This document shows positions 19,097-28,420 of a stretch of DNA of 64,000 nt, one piece after another (positions within the stretch are counted from its first letter, which is position 1; each line of letters starts with the position of its first letter). A program made the position numbers and the translations under genes. The DNA is from Thermoproteota archaeon. GTDB lineage: Archaea; Korarchaeota; Korarchaeia; Korarchaeales; Korarchaeaceae. Location: NCBI GenBank assembly GCA_027491915.1, contig JAOZGC010000004.1:1-64000 (forward strand). The letters are read 5' to 3'. The notes beneath the pieces were generated by a model. It ran no database searches. It saw only the letters and a program-made list of their open reading frames with translations, and had not been told where the DNA came from.

Positions 19097-20997
19097 CCCT
19101 TACCCCCTCTCTCATCGATGACCTCGACTCCCCCCGGCGGGAGGACGGATCTGACGGCCTCCTCCGAGAGGGTTAGTTCGAGTCCCACCTTCCGCGCGGC
19201 CGCCTCCAACTTCCCTTTTAAAATGTGCACCGCCTCCTCCCGGGGAACCCCGCCCGGAACCACGGTCGCCCACACCACCATGCGATCCGAGGCCGACGGG
19301 GGGGCCGATATGAGCGAGAACCGTCCCTCCATCTCAATCAGGCCTATCCTGAGCCTGAGCTCCGGGCGGAAGTACCTCCTCTCCCCGGACACGTAGAAGG
19401 ATCCCTTTGGTATGAACATCCCGGGCGGAGCATGGACCGAGACCTGATCTCCCCTGACGCAGTACACGTCTGCCCTGGACAGCCCCTGCTTCCAGGCCCT
19501 CGAGTAGCAGGCCGCATAGACCGAGGCCTCCCTCAGCGTCGCATCCCCCGGCTCCCTCTCTCCCTCAGATCTAACGACGACGACCGAACCACCCGGCATG
19601 TCCACGTGGAGGAAGAAATCCCTAGGCCTCATGTACCTCCTCACCAGCTCCCTGTTGGTGGACCTGTCCCTGCCAGCCACGACGAGGAATCCCTCGGACG
19701 ACTCGAACCACCTGAATCTCTCGAACCACCTCCTCCTCTCCCTCCTAATTATGAGGGGAACCTCCTCGGCGGGAGGACCCTTCGACCTCATCTTGAGGTT
19801 TTCCGCCGCCTCTCTGGCTCTCTCAGCCTTCTTCTCCAGAATCTTCGCCTTGTCGTAGAGTCTTGACGCGTTCTCCGCGGCGGAGAGGTGGACGCTGAGG
19901 CCGATCTCCTCCCCCGAGACGTCCCAGATGAGCCTGCCCCGGGCCCTGTCGAGCCTGAATCCTGGGGGGGTCTTCCCCGCCCTGGCCAGGTCTAAGATGG
20001 CCTGAAATCGCGCCAGCTCGGAGAACATCCTCTCGGCCGCCATCCTGAAGACCTTGGCTCGGTGCGAGTACTCCACCGCCAGCTCAGCCTGTCTCCCCGC
20101 CGAGGCCATCAGCCTCTCGTCCGCCCCTCCCTCCCCGCCAAGCCTGAGCGCTATGGCTGGAGAGAGCACGGCATCCAGCATCTCGGAGAACCCGCCGTCG
20201 AATCTCCTCTCCTCCTCGAATCTCTCCCTCAGCCGATCCAGCGGGCGGAGGGAGAACTCTCTCACCTCTCCCTCCTCCAGGTACATCGTCGGCTCCGGAT
20301 TCTCCGCAGACTTCAGGAGGTTGACCACCCTCTCGGCCATGGACTCCAGCGTCTCCGAATCCAGCTCTCTCGACTTGGCCCTGGGGTCCACCTCGCCGCC
20401 CAGGACCTCGTCCAGGTAGGGAGGTCCCATCCCCCATCCATAAGCCAGGCTCTTCCAAATCTCCCGCTCTGATTCGGAGAGGTATCCGACGATCTCCTCC
20501 ACCGTCAGGGGCGGGGACCGGGAGCCCGACGTCGGGGGGGGCAGGTACTCCCTCCCCCTCCTCAGCTCCCTCCCCCTGACCGTGATAGGCCTGGCGACCT
20601 GCAGGATGTTTCCCTTCCCGTCGACCAGCACCAGGTTCCCGCCGCCGAACAGCTCGACCCACAGGTCGAACCTCTCCTCCCCGACCCTTACGCCGAGCCT
20701 CAGCACCCTGTCGAAGTCCAGCTGCCTCACCTCCTCTATGGTCCCGCCGGAGATCCACTTCCTCATCCCCATGGCCAGCTGCGGCGGCGTCATGGGTTTC
20801 CTCCACTTGTAGGAGCTGAGGTAGACCGCGCCCCCCAGGTAGGCTATCAACTCGGAGACCGTCCCGCCTGGTCCCCTGACGGTCAGGGAGTACAGGTCCC
20901 TCGATATGCCGTACACCTTCCTTATCCGCAGCGGGATCCTCCCGGCGAGCTCTCCCGCGACGGCCCTGACCTCTAGCCCCACCAGGCTGAGCCTCAT
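19093..20997 (-). CDS. rqcH: Ribosome quality-control factor RqcH/Rqc2 (NEMF, NFACT family)
   Basis: QLDFDRVL, ELFGGGNLVL, AAENASRLYDKAK, WFERFRWF...AGRDRSTN, PKGSFYVSG. Confidence 0.92.
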   Translation of the reverse strand: MRLSLVGLEVRAVAGELAGRIPLRIRKVYGISRDLYSLTVRGPGGTVSELIAYLGGAVYLSSYKWRKPMTPPQLAMGMRKWISGGTIEEVRQLDFDRVLRLGVRVGEERFDLWVELFGGGNLVLVDGKGNILQVARPITVRGRELRRGREYLPPPTSGSRSPPLTVEEIVGYLSESEREIWKSLAYGWGMGPPYLDEVLGGEVDPRAKSRELDSETLESMAERVVNLLKSAENPEPTMYLEEGEVREFSLRPLDRLRERFEEERRFDGGFSEMLDAVLSPAIALRLGGEGGADERLMASAGRQAELAVEYSHRAKVFRMAAERMFSELARFQAILDLARAGKTPPGFRLDRARGRLIWDVSGEEIGLSVHLSAAENASRLYDKAKILEKKAERAREAAENLKMRSKGPPAEEVPLIIRRERRRWFERFRWFESSEGFLVVAGRDRSTNRELVRRYMRPRDFFLHVDMPGGSVVVVRSEGEREPGDATLREASVYAACYSRAWKQGLSRADVYCVRGDQVSVHAPPGMFIPKGSFYVSGERRYFRPELRLRIGLIEMEGRFSLISAPPSASDRMVVWATVVPGGVPREEAVHILKGKLEAAARKVGLELTLSEEAVRSVLPPGGVEVIDERGGKG

Positions 20998-21053
20998 ACC
21001 GGCCGCGCCGAGACTATCTGTATTTTAATTGGGGTGCGGAGCCCGACGATCTG

Positions 21054-21944
21054 ATGAGATCCAAGGACCTGGTGTTCTACGCCAAGGTCTCAGTCCTCTC
21101 GGCGCTGGGCCTCTCGGCGGGCGTCATGTCCCTCTATCCGGACGAGGGCATCCTCCTCTTCGTTGCCGGCAACTTCGTCGTTGGGGCGCTGCTCGCGTTA
21201 TCGAGCAGGGGCTCGCTGGCGGAGCTGGGTCTCTACGGTGTATTCAGGGAGTTCGCCGGGACCGCCTTTCTGGCCTTCATATTCTTCTGGACCTTGGGCC
21301 TCAACGCGACTTCTGGCGCCCCCGCCATCTTGGTCGCCCCGGCCGGCGGCGGCCTCACGCCGCTGTATGAGCCGACGCCGGAGGGGATGGTCCCGGGGCG
21401 GATCGGGTGGATCAACGCCGCGTACATCCTGAGGTTCGACGGATCCCACCTATCAATGCTGGTCGGTCGCGTGGGGGACGTCAGCTCCTTATCCATGGGG
21501 AACCTGACCGTCTCGCTCAGGGATTCCCACGTCCAACTGACCCAGGAGGTCGACCTCCCGCGGCGGGGCGATCTGGACCTCGGCTGGGCCGCCGTCCACG
21601 TGGGCGAGGAGGTGAGGATAGTGGTCGGCGGAGAGAACCTGACGCTCGACGATCGCAACGTCAGCCTTCAGGTTGAGGGGGTCCCGGTCTCGGTCTCCCT
21701 TCCAGGAGACGGGCGCCTCAGGGCTTCCTTCGGTCCGATCCCAATGGAGGGGGATTTAATCAACTTGACCGGGTCCCCCCTGGGAGAGGTCGCCTCCCTG
21801 GTGATCCGCGAGGATGGCAGGCTCGCCGCCTTCCTCCCGAAGGTGTTCCAGGGACAGAGGACCGTCAGGGTCACGCTGTCCCCATCGGACCGGGCGGGAG
21901 AGGTCTCCGGCTACATAGTGGTCCTTCCCTCCGCCGGGGGGTGA
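21054..21944 (+). CDS. Membrane protein: EMC6/Rab5ip-like 3-TM domain plus C-terminal beta-rich domain
   Basis: N-terminal YAKVSVLSALGLSAGVMSL...FLAFIFFWTLGLN resembles EMC6; the downstream domain is rich in N-x-S/T. Confidence 0.6.
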   Translation: MRSKDLVFYAKVSVLSALGLSAGVMSLYPDEGILLFVAGNFVVGALLALSSRGSLAELGLYGVFREFAGTAFLAFIFFWTLGLNATSGAPAILVAPAGGGLTPLYEPTPEGMVPGRIGWINAAYILRFDGSHLSMLVGRVGDVSSLSMGNLTVSLRDSHVQLTQEVDLPRRGDLDLGWAAVHVGEEVRIVVGGENLTLDDRNVSLQVEGVPVSVSLPGDGRLRASFGPIPMEGDLINLTGSPLGEVASLVIREDGRLAAFLPKVFQGQRTVRVTLSPSDRAGEVSGYIVVLPSAGG

Positions 21945-21948
21945 TCCA

Positions 21949-22368
21949 ACGGGGTACGAGTACCTGGACGCGGGGGGGGACGTCGCCTTCAGGGCCTGGG
22001 CCGGATCGCTGGGCGAACTTTTCTCCGAGTGCGCCCTGGCCATGTACGATGCCATGGTCGATGTGAGCACTGTTGAACCGACGTCCGAGCGTCGAGTGTC
22101 CCTCTCTGCCCCAAGCCTGGATCTACTGCTGCATAAGTGGCTCTCGGAGCTCCTATTCATAACCGACGTCGAGGGCCTGGTCTTCTCCGAGTTCGCCGTG
22201 GAGGTGGATCCATGGGGAGAACCCTCCGTGGACGCGAGGGTCCGCGGGGAGCCGCTGGACCCGCGGAGGCACCGGATCAAGACCGGCCTGAAGGCGGTGA
22301 CCTATCACGACCTGTCCGTCCGGAGGGAGGGCGAGACCTGGGTGGCCCGCGTTACGATAGACGTGTGA
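21949..22368 (+). CDS. Archease (start codon non-canonical or uncertain)
   Basis: YEYLDAGGDVAFRAW..., LLLHKWLSELLF, KAVTYH, C-terminal TIDV. Confidence 0.88.
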   Translation, partial: TGYEYLDAGGDVAFRAWAGSLGELFSECALAMYDAMVDVSTVEPTSERRVSLSAPSLDLLLHKWLSELLFITDVEGLVFSEFAVEVDPWGEPSVDARVRGEPLDPRRHRIKTGLKAVTYHDLSVRREGETWVARVTIDV

Positions 22369-22380
22369 GGCGCGAGACCA

Positions 22381-22391
22381 AAACTTATAAA
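22381..22391 (+). promoter_or_regulatory. TATA promoter of the L3 operon
   Basis: CCAAAA-CTTATAAA in the intergenic region upstream of rpl3. Confidence 0.6.
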
Positions 22392-22458
22392 CCGGGTGAC
22401 CGCGTCCGGCGGGAGCGATCGGAGGGGACTCCGACAATCCTCGAGCCGGTGGTGGCCG

Positions 22459-23484
22459 ATGCCTAGGAGGGGATCCCTGCAGTTCAGACCGAGGAAGAGG
22501 GCCAAGACCCAGAAGGCAACCTTCAGATCTTACGCCGCCCGCCTTCGGGAGGGAGTGGGTCTCGGTGGGTTCCCCGGCTACAAGGCCGGGATGACCCACG
22601 TGCAGATGGTCGAGGACAGGCCGGGCAGGCTGACCACGGGGCAGGAGGTGGTCACGGCGGCGACCGTGATAGAGACCCCGCCGGTGAGGGCGGTCGGGCT
22701 GGTCGGGTACGTGAGGACCCCATACGGGGAGAAGACCTTGACGGCTGGACTGCGCCTCGACTCTCCCGGGGACCTGTCCAGGAAGGTGAGGCTCCCGGAT
22801 GGGGGAATAGACACCTTGGGGGCTGCCGTGGAGAAGATGAGGGCCGCGGGAGAGAGGCTGTCCTCCGTGCGGCTCCTGGTTCACACGATCCCCAGGTTGG
22901 CGGGCCTCCCCAAGAAGACCCCCGAGATCCTCGAGATACCCCTGATGGGCGGATCCTCTCCCGCCGAGGTCCTGGAGGCGGCCGAGGGCATGGTTGGGAG
23001 GTTCATACGGGCTTCGGAGGTTTTCTCCCCGGGAGAGCTTATCGACGTGACCGCCGTGACTAAGGGCCACGGCTGGCAGGGGGTCGTGAGGAGATTCGGC
23101 GTGTCCCTCCTGAGGCACAAGGCCGGCAAGGCCAGGTGGAGGGTTGGCAGCCTGGGCTCGAGGCATCCTCCCTACACCACGTGGAGGGTTCCCCGCGCGG
23201 GTCAGACCGGCTATCACAAGAGGACGGAGTACAACAAGAGGGTGCTGTTCATCGGACAGGCGAAGTACGACGAGGAGATGAATTTGAGGGAGCCGTCACC
23301 CGAGATAAACCCCCCGGGAGGGTTCAGGCGGTACGGCCTGGTTCGGGGGGACTACCTCGTCGTGTCCGGTTCGATACCCGGCCCCGTCAAGAGGTTCGTC
23401 ATGATGAGGCACGCCGCGAGGCCGCACATCTCATCGCTAGGCGAGCCTCAGATAATTAGGATATGCGGGGTGAGGACGAAGTGA
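22459..23484 (+). CDS. rpl3: 50S ribosomal protein L3
   Basis: PRRGSLQFRPRKRA, GYKAGMTH, TKGHGWQG, RTEYNKR. Confidence 0.97.
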   Translation: MPRRGSLQFRPRKRAKTQKATFRSYAARLREGVGLGGFPGYKAGMTHVQMVEDRPGRLTTGQEVVTAATVIETPPVRAVGLVGYVRTPYGEKTLTAGLRLDSPGDLSRKVRLPDGGIDTLGAAVEKMRAAGERLSSVRLLVHTIPRLAGLPKKTPEILEIPLMGGSSPAEVLEAAEGMVGRFIRASEVFSPGELIDVTAVTKGHGWQGVVRRFGVSLLRHKAGKARWRVGSLGSRHPPYTTWRVPRAGQTGYHKRTEYNKRVLFIGQAKYDEEMNLREPSPEINPPGGFRRYGLVRGDYLVVSGSIPGPVKRFVMMRHAARPHISSLGEPQIIRICGVRTK

Positions 23485-23507
23485 GCTCGTCTGAGGAGGT
23501 GTCGACC

Positions 23508-24290
23508 TTGAGCGGGCGGGCCGTGATCCTCGATCTTGAGGGAAAGGCCGTCGGCGAGGTAGACCTCCCCCCGGTCTTCCGCTGCCTCGTTAGGGCGGAC
23601 CTAATAAGGAGGGCCTACCTATCCGCTCTGACCGCCAGGATCCAACCCCAAGGCCGCGACCCGATGGCCGGGAAGCGCACCTCCGCGGAATCTTGGGGGG
23701 CTGGCAGGGGGGTATCCCGGGTTCCGAGGGTCAAGGGTCGGGGTTATCCCAAGGCGGCGTCCGGCGCGAGGGCCGCCATGACCGTGGGCGGAGTGAGGGT
23801 GCACGCCCCCAGGGTCGGCAGGGTGGTCTGGGAGAGGATCAACAAGAAGGAGCGGGAGCTGGCGATCAAGTCGGCTATAGCCGCCACGGCCGACATCGGC
23901 CTGGTCGGAGCCAGGCACAGGATAGACGGCCTGACCTCCGTGCCGCTGGTGGTGGAGGACTCCCTGGAGGGTCTGGAGAGAACGGCCGATGTGTACTCCT
24001 TCCTGGAGAGGATCGGGTTGGGTCCGGAGCTCAGGAGGGCCAAGTCCAGGTTCAGGAAGATCAGGGCTGGCCGGGGGAAGATGAGGGGTCGCAAGAGGAA
24101 GTCGGCGAGGGGGCCCCTCATAATATACCGCAGGGACGGGGGGATATTCCGGGCGTCGCGGAACATCCCCGGCGTGGACGTCTCCTCGGTCGACAACCTC
24201 AACGTTCCGCTCCTCGCCCCGGGCGGAATCCCGGGCAGGCTCGCCATCTACACCGTGTCTGCCCTGGACAGGATGAGGGAGAGGTGGTGA
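23508..24290 (+). CDS. rpl4: 50S ribosomal protein L4
   Basis: RDPMAGKRTSAESWG, RINKKER, LAPGGIPGRL. Confidence 0.96.
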   Translation: MSGRAVILDLEGKAVGEVDLPPVFRCLVRADLIRRAYLSALTARIQPQGRDPMAGKRTSAESWGAGRGVSRVPRVKGRGYPKAASGARAAMTVGGVRVHAPRVGRVVWERINKKERELAIKSAIAATADIGLVGARHRIDGLTSVPLVVEDSLEGLERTADVYSFLERIGLGPELRRAKSRFRKIRAGRGKMRGRKRKSARGPLIIYRRDGGIFRASRNIPGVDVSSVDNLNVPLLAPGGIPGRLAIYTVSALDRMRERW

Positions 24291-24293
24291 TCC

Positions 24294-24554
24294 TTGGATC
24301 CCTTCTCCATACTCAAGAGACCCGTCGCCTCGGAGAAGGTCGTCAGGATGATAGAACGCGAGAACAAATTGGTGTTCGTGGTCGACAGGAGGGCGAACAA
24401 GAAGATCATAAAGGCGGCGGTCGAGGAGGCCCTGGAGGTGAGGGTGGAGAGGGTGTGGACCTCCATAACCCCCAGGGGTGAGAAGAAGGCCGTGGTTAAA
24501 TTGGCCCCGGAGTACAGGGCCAGGGACGTGGCCTCAAGGTTGGGAATACTGTGA
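24294..24554 (+). CDS. rpl23: 50S ribosomal protein L23
   Basis: PVASEK...ENKLVFVVD..ANK, ITPRGEKKA. Confidence 0.96.
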   Translation: MDPFSILKRPVASEKVVRMIERENKLVFVVDRRANKKIIKAAVEEALEVRVERVWTSITPRGEKKAVVKLAPEYRARDVASRLGIL

Positions 24555-24578
24555 GGTGTTCGGTTGGGGTGATCTGAG

Positions 24579-25313
24579 GTGGGCAAGCGACTGATAGTCC
24601 AGCGCAGGGGCAGGGGGGGAATACAGTTCAGGTCGAGGGATCACCTGAAGAGGGGGCCGGCCAGGTACCCCCACTGGGTGGGCCTGGGAGAGACCGTCGA
24701 GGGGGAGATAGTGGAGTTCCTCCACGAGCCCGGCAGGTGGACCCCCCTGGCCAGGGTCCGACTCGAGGGCGGGGGGGAGTTCATCTACATCCCCCCGGAG
24801 GGGGTTCACAGGGGCCAGAGGATAACTCTGGGTCCGGGTGGGTCTCCGGCCACGGGGAACGTTCTCCCGCTGGAGATGATACCGGACGGAACCCTGGTGT
24901 GCAACGTCGAGATTAGGCCTGGTGACGGGGGCAAGATGGCCAGGCGGAGTGGGAGCTACGCGGTGGTGTTCTCCCACGAGCCAGGGGGCGTCGTCCTCAG
25001 GCTGCCGTCCGGCAAGGAGAAGAGGGTCTCCCCGAGGTGCAGGGCCACCGTCGGAGTGGTGGCCGGCGGCGGCAGGATAGAAAAGCCCCTGGTCAAGGCC
25101 GGCAATGCCTGGAGGAAGGAGAGGGTCCACCCGAAACGCTGGCCCAGGGTCAGGGGAGTTGCGATGAACCCGGTCTCCCACCCGCACGGAGGCGGATCCC
25201 ACAAGAGACCTGGAAAGCCGACCACCGTCCCCAGGACCGCGCCGCCCGGACAGAAGGTCGGTCACATAGCCGCCAGAAAGACCGGCAGGGCCAAGAAGAG
25301 GGCCAAGTTCTGA
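24579..25313 (+). CDS. rpl2: 50S ribosomal protein L2
   Basis: [32 protein letters not shown]. Confidence 0.98.
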   Translation: MGKRLIVQRRGRGGIQFRSRDHLKRGPARYPHWVGLGETVEGEIVEFLHEPGRWTPLARVRLEGGGEFIYIPPEGVHRGQRITLGPGGSPATGNVLPLEMIPDGTLVCNVEIRPGDGGKMARRSGSYAVVFSHEPGGVVLRLPSGKEKRVSPRCRATVGVVAGGGRIEKPLVKAGNAWRKERVHPKRWPRVRGVAMNPVSHPHGGGSHKRPGKPTTVPRTAPPGQKVGHIAARKTGRAKKRAKF

Positions 25314-25365
25314 GTCGGACGATTCATTTATTACGGCGGGCCGCGCCCGGTGGGTGGGAAGTGGA

Positions 25366-25761
25366 ATGCCGAGGGAGTTCACCTACAGGGGCAGGACCCT
25401 CGAGGAACTCCAGTCCATGCCGCTCGATCAGCTGGCGGACCTCATGCCGGCCCGGATAAGGAGGACGCTGAAGCGCGGCCTGAGTCCCGAAAACAAGAAG
25501 CTACTCGAGAAGGTGAAGAAGGTCAGGAAGTCCGGGAACGGGGCCGAGATAAGGACCCACAGGAGAGACATGCCCGTCCTCCCAGAGATGGTCGGCCTGA
25601 AGATGAGGGTCCACAACGGGAAGGAGTTCGTCGAGGTTGAGATAACCCCGGAGATGATAGGTCACTACCTGGGAGAATTCGCCATGACCAACAGGATAGT
25701 CCAACACGGCAGGCCGGGCAAGGGGGCGACGAGGTCAAGCAAGTTCATCCCACTGAAGTGA
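25366..25761 (+). CDS. rps19: 30S ribosomal protein S19 (uS19)
   Basis: [39 protein letters not shown]. Confidence 0.97.
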   Translation: MPREFTYRGRTLEELQSMPLDQLADLMPARIRRTLKRGLSPENKKLLEKVKKVRKSGNGAEIRTHRRDMPVLPEMVGLKMRVHNGKEFVEVEITPEMIGHYLGEFAMTNRIVQHGRPGKGATRSSKFIPLK

Positions 25762-25817
25762 GGGGGGAGTCCACCCGCGGGGCGGACCTCCTCCACACCA
25801 TCCGGTCCGCGGGATCC

Positions 25818-25904
25818 GCCGGGGTAGCCTAGCCAGGACAAGGCGCCCGCCTTGAGAGCGGGTGGCCCGCGAGGGCCTCGTGGGTTCGAATCCCACCCCC
25901 GGCG
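25818..25904 (+). tRNA. tRNA-Ser(TGA), CCA not encoded
   Basis: GCCGGGG/CCCCGGC acceptor stem, CCCGC-CTTGAGA-GCGGG anticodon arm, long variable arm, GTTCGAATC. Confidence 0.96.
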
Positions 25905-26049
25905 TTCCGAGGGCCAACCTCTGTAGTCCTCACCCCCCACCCGACCTTTACTGACCGGCGGGGTGGGAGGACAGCTGGAGGGACCTTAAGGCTCGGGGCT
26001 CCGATCGAACCGCGGCCTCGTGTCGGCGGCCCAGCGGGTCTAGCGGCCC

Positions 26050-26364
26050 CTAGGTCATCATCACTATGCTTATCTTCACGTCCTCGGGAATGGTCACACC
26101 CATCATCCGCCTTATGAATCTCTCGTCAGGATTGTGCACGTCTATCACTCTCTTGTGTATCCTGAGCTCGTACCTGTCGTACCTGTTGGTCCCCTCTCCC
26201 GACGGGTTTCTCAGGGTGGTTATTCTCAGCCGCTTGGTCGGCATCGGTATTGGGCCCCTCAGCCTCACTCCCATCTGCTCGGCCAACTCCTTGAACTGCC
26301 TGGCCACGCTCTCCAGGTTCTCCACGTTCGTGCTCGTGAGCTCAACCCTCAGCTTCTCGACCAA
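26050..26364 (-). CDS. rps10: 30S ribosomal protein S10
   Basis: GPIPMPTKRL...PSGEG...YELRIHKRVID. Confidence 0.97.
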   Translation of the reverse strand: MVEKLRVELTSTNVENLESVARQFKELAEQMGVRLRGPIPMPTKRLRITTLRNPSGEGTNRYDRYELRIHKRVIDVHNPDERFIRRMMGVTIPEDVKISIVMMT

Positions 26365-26461
26365 ACCCGATCACCATCCAAAAATTGGGTCGGGGGAAAT
26401 TAACCTGAACTCCCCCAAGAGTCGACCTCCGGTCTGCTCGCCGACCATCCATGCCTCAGAC

Positions 26462-27730
26462 CTACTTCTTCCTCTCGACGGGCACCACGTCGAGCACTAT
26501 GCCGGCGGCGACCGTCATCCCCATGTCCCTCACGGCGAACCTGCCCAGCTGTGGTATCTCACTGTACTTCTCCACGACGAAGGGCTTCAACGGCATGAAC
26601 TTGACTATGGCTGCCTCCCCCTTCCTGATGAAGGATGGGTTCTCCTCCAAGACCTGACCCGTCCTGGGATCGAGCTTCTTCTCGATGCTGATCATCTTGG
26701 CGGCGACGTGCCCCGTGTGCGCGTGTATGACCGGGCTGTAGCCGGCCGCTATCGCCGTCGGGTGCTGGAGGACCACTATCTGGGCGGTGAACTCCTGGGC
26801 TACGGTCGGGGGACTGTCCGGGTGTCCTATCACGTCTCCCCTCTTTATGTCCTTCTTCTCTATCCCCCTGACGTTTATCCCTATGTTGTCCCCGGGTTCC
26901 GCCTTGTCGAGCCTCTCGTGGTGCATCTCTATGCTCTTCGCCTCCCCTACCTTGTGTATCGGCTCGATGATTATCTTGTCTCCGGGCTTGAGGACCCCGG
27001 TCTCCACCCTGCCGACGACCACGGTTCCGACGCCGGTTATGGTGAAGACGTCCTGGACCGGTATCCTGAGCGGCTTGTCGACGGGCTTCGGTGGGGCCTT
27101 GAACGTGTCCAAGACCTCGTAGAGGGTCGGGCCGGTGTACCAGGGCATGTTCTCGCTCTTCTTTATCACGTTGTCGCCGACCATCCCGCTGCAGGGGACG
27201 AAGGCTATCTTGTCCGGATCGTATCCAACCTTCCTGAGCAGGTCGGCCACCTGGTCCTTGAGCTCCTCGAACCTCTTCTGATCGTACTTGACGCTCTCGT
27301 CGTCCATCTTGGATATGGCCACTGCCAGCTGGGAGACGCCGAGCGTCTTTATCAGGAAGACGTGCTCTATGGTCTGGGCCTGGACCCCCTCACCCCTCTT
27401 GGCCGACACGACCAGGACGGCCCCGTCCGCCTGGCTGGCCCCCGTTATCATGTTCTTGACGAAGTCCCTGTGACCCGGGGCGTCTATTATCGTGATCATC
27501 CTGTGGGGGGTCTCGACCTTGGTGTGGAAGAGGTCTATGGTCATCCCCCTCTCCCTCTCCTCCTTCAACCTGTCGACCACCCAGGCGAACTTCGCGTCGT
27601 GGGCCATCTCCTCGGGTGGAAGCTCCTTTATGAGCCCGGCGTCCCAGAAGAGCCGCCCTATCAGGGTGGACTTTCCGTGGTCCACGTGTCCCACGAACAC
27701 AACGTTCACGTGCTCCTTCTCTGCCGGCAT
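26462..27730 (-). CDS. tuf: Elongation factor 1-alpha
   Basis: [39 protein letters not shown]. Confidence 0.98.
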   Translation of the reverse strand: MPAEKEHVNVVFVGHVDHGKSTLIGRLFWDAGLIKELPPEEMAHDAKFAWVVDRLKEERERGMTIDLFHTKVETPHRMITIIDAPGHRDFVKNMITGASQADGAVLVVSAKRGEGVQAQTIEHVFLIKTLGVSQLAVAISKMDDESVKYDQKRFEELKDQVADLLRKVGYDPDKIAFVPCSGMVGDNVIKKSENMPWYTGPTLYEVLDTFKAPPKPVDKPLRIPVQDVFTITGVGTVVVGRVETGVLKPGDKIIIEPIHKVGEAKSIEMHHERLDKAEPGDNIGINVRGIEKKDIKRGDVIGHPDSPPTVAQEFTAQIVVLQHPTAIAAGYSPVIHAHTGHVAAKMISIEKKLDPRTGQVLEENPSFIRKGEAAIVKFMPLKPFVVEKYSEIPQLGRFAVRDMGMTVAAGIVLDVVPVERKK

Positions 27731-27835
27731 ACCACACACCCCAACATCGCTCTCTCCATCAGGGCCTCTCGGCGGGCCGCCGCCCCGAATCGTATTTTTA
27801 AACATTCCCGGAGGCGAGGCCCCACGTGAACCCGG

Positions 27836-28420
27836 ATGGGGAGCGCAGCAGACCGAACCGAGATCGGGGATCTCCTCTCCGGAGGGCAGAGGACGACCGC
27901 CCTCCTGGCGACGATGCCCGCTCTGATCATGCTGGCGGCGGACGTGTCGGTCAGAAGGGCGGGACTTGGATCTCCCGCGCCAACATGGACCGGGTTGGGC
28001 GCGATGCTGCTGGCGCTCGGACTCTTCTTCTTCATAGACCGGTTTGCCGCCGGGATACTGGAGAGCGGCGGCCCCAAGGAGGCCCTGGCGAGGTTCAGGT
28101 TTGCCGCCGCCTCAGCGGCGGTGGTGCTCCCCTCACTGGGTTGGCTGTCGATAATCTACTCCTACTCTTCGGAGCCGCTGTTCAGCGCGCTGGTCTTCCT
28201 ATCCGTGTCATACTCAGCCCTTGGGATAACCTGGAAGAGATTTTCCACGGCCTTGGAGGAATTCTCCCGCGAGAGACCAGAGAGGAGGGGCGGGGAAGGG
28301 AGGACCGGAGACAAGAGGATCAAGTCATCCGGAAAGAGGGGTGGAAAGAAGTCCGGAGAGGGCGGGAAGGAGAAGAGGGACCGGCGCGGGCGCCGGAAGA
28401 GGCGGGGGGAGTCGAGCTAA
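27836..28420 (+). CDS. Hypothetical 4-TM membrane protein with a basic low-complexity tail
   Basis: Four hydrophobic segments followed by a K/R/G/E-rich C-terminus; lies downstream of the TTTTTAAA box at about 27795. Confidence 0.6.
   Translation: MGSAADRTEIGDLLSGGQRTTALLATMPALIMLAADVSVRRAGLGSPAPTWTGLGAMLLALGLFFFIDRFAAGILESGGPKEALARFRFAAASAAVVLPSLGWLSIIYSYSSEPLFSALVFLSVSYSALGITWKRFSTALEEFSRERPERRGGEGRTGDKRIKSSGKRGGKKSGEGGKEKRDRRGRRKRRGESS

Noticed and set aside
26066-27829. 587-aa + strand ORF
   Set aside because: It is antisense to tuf and rps10.
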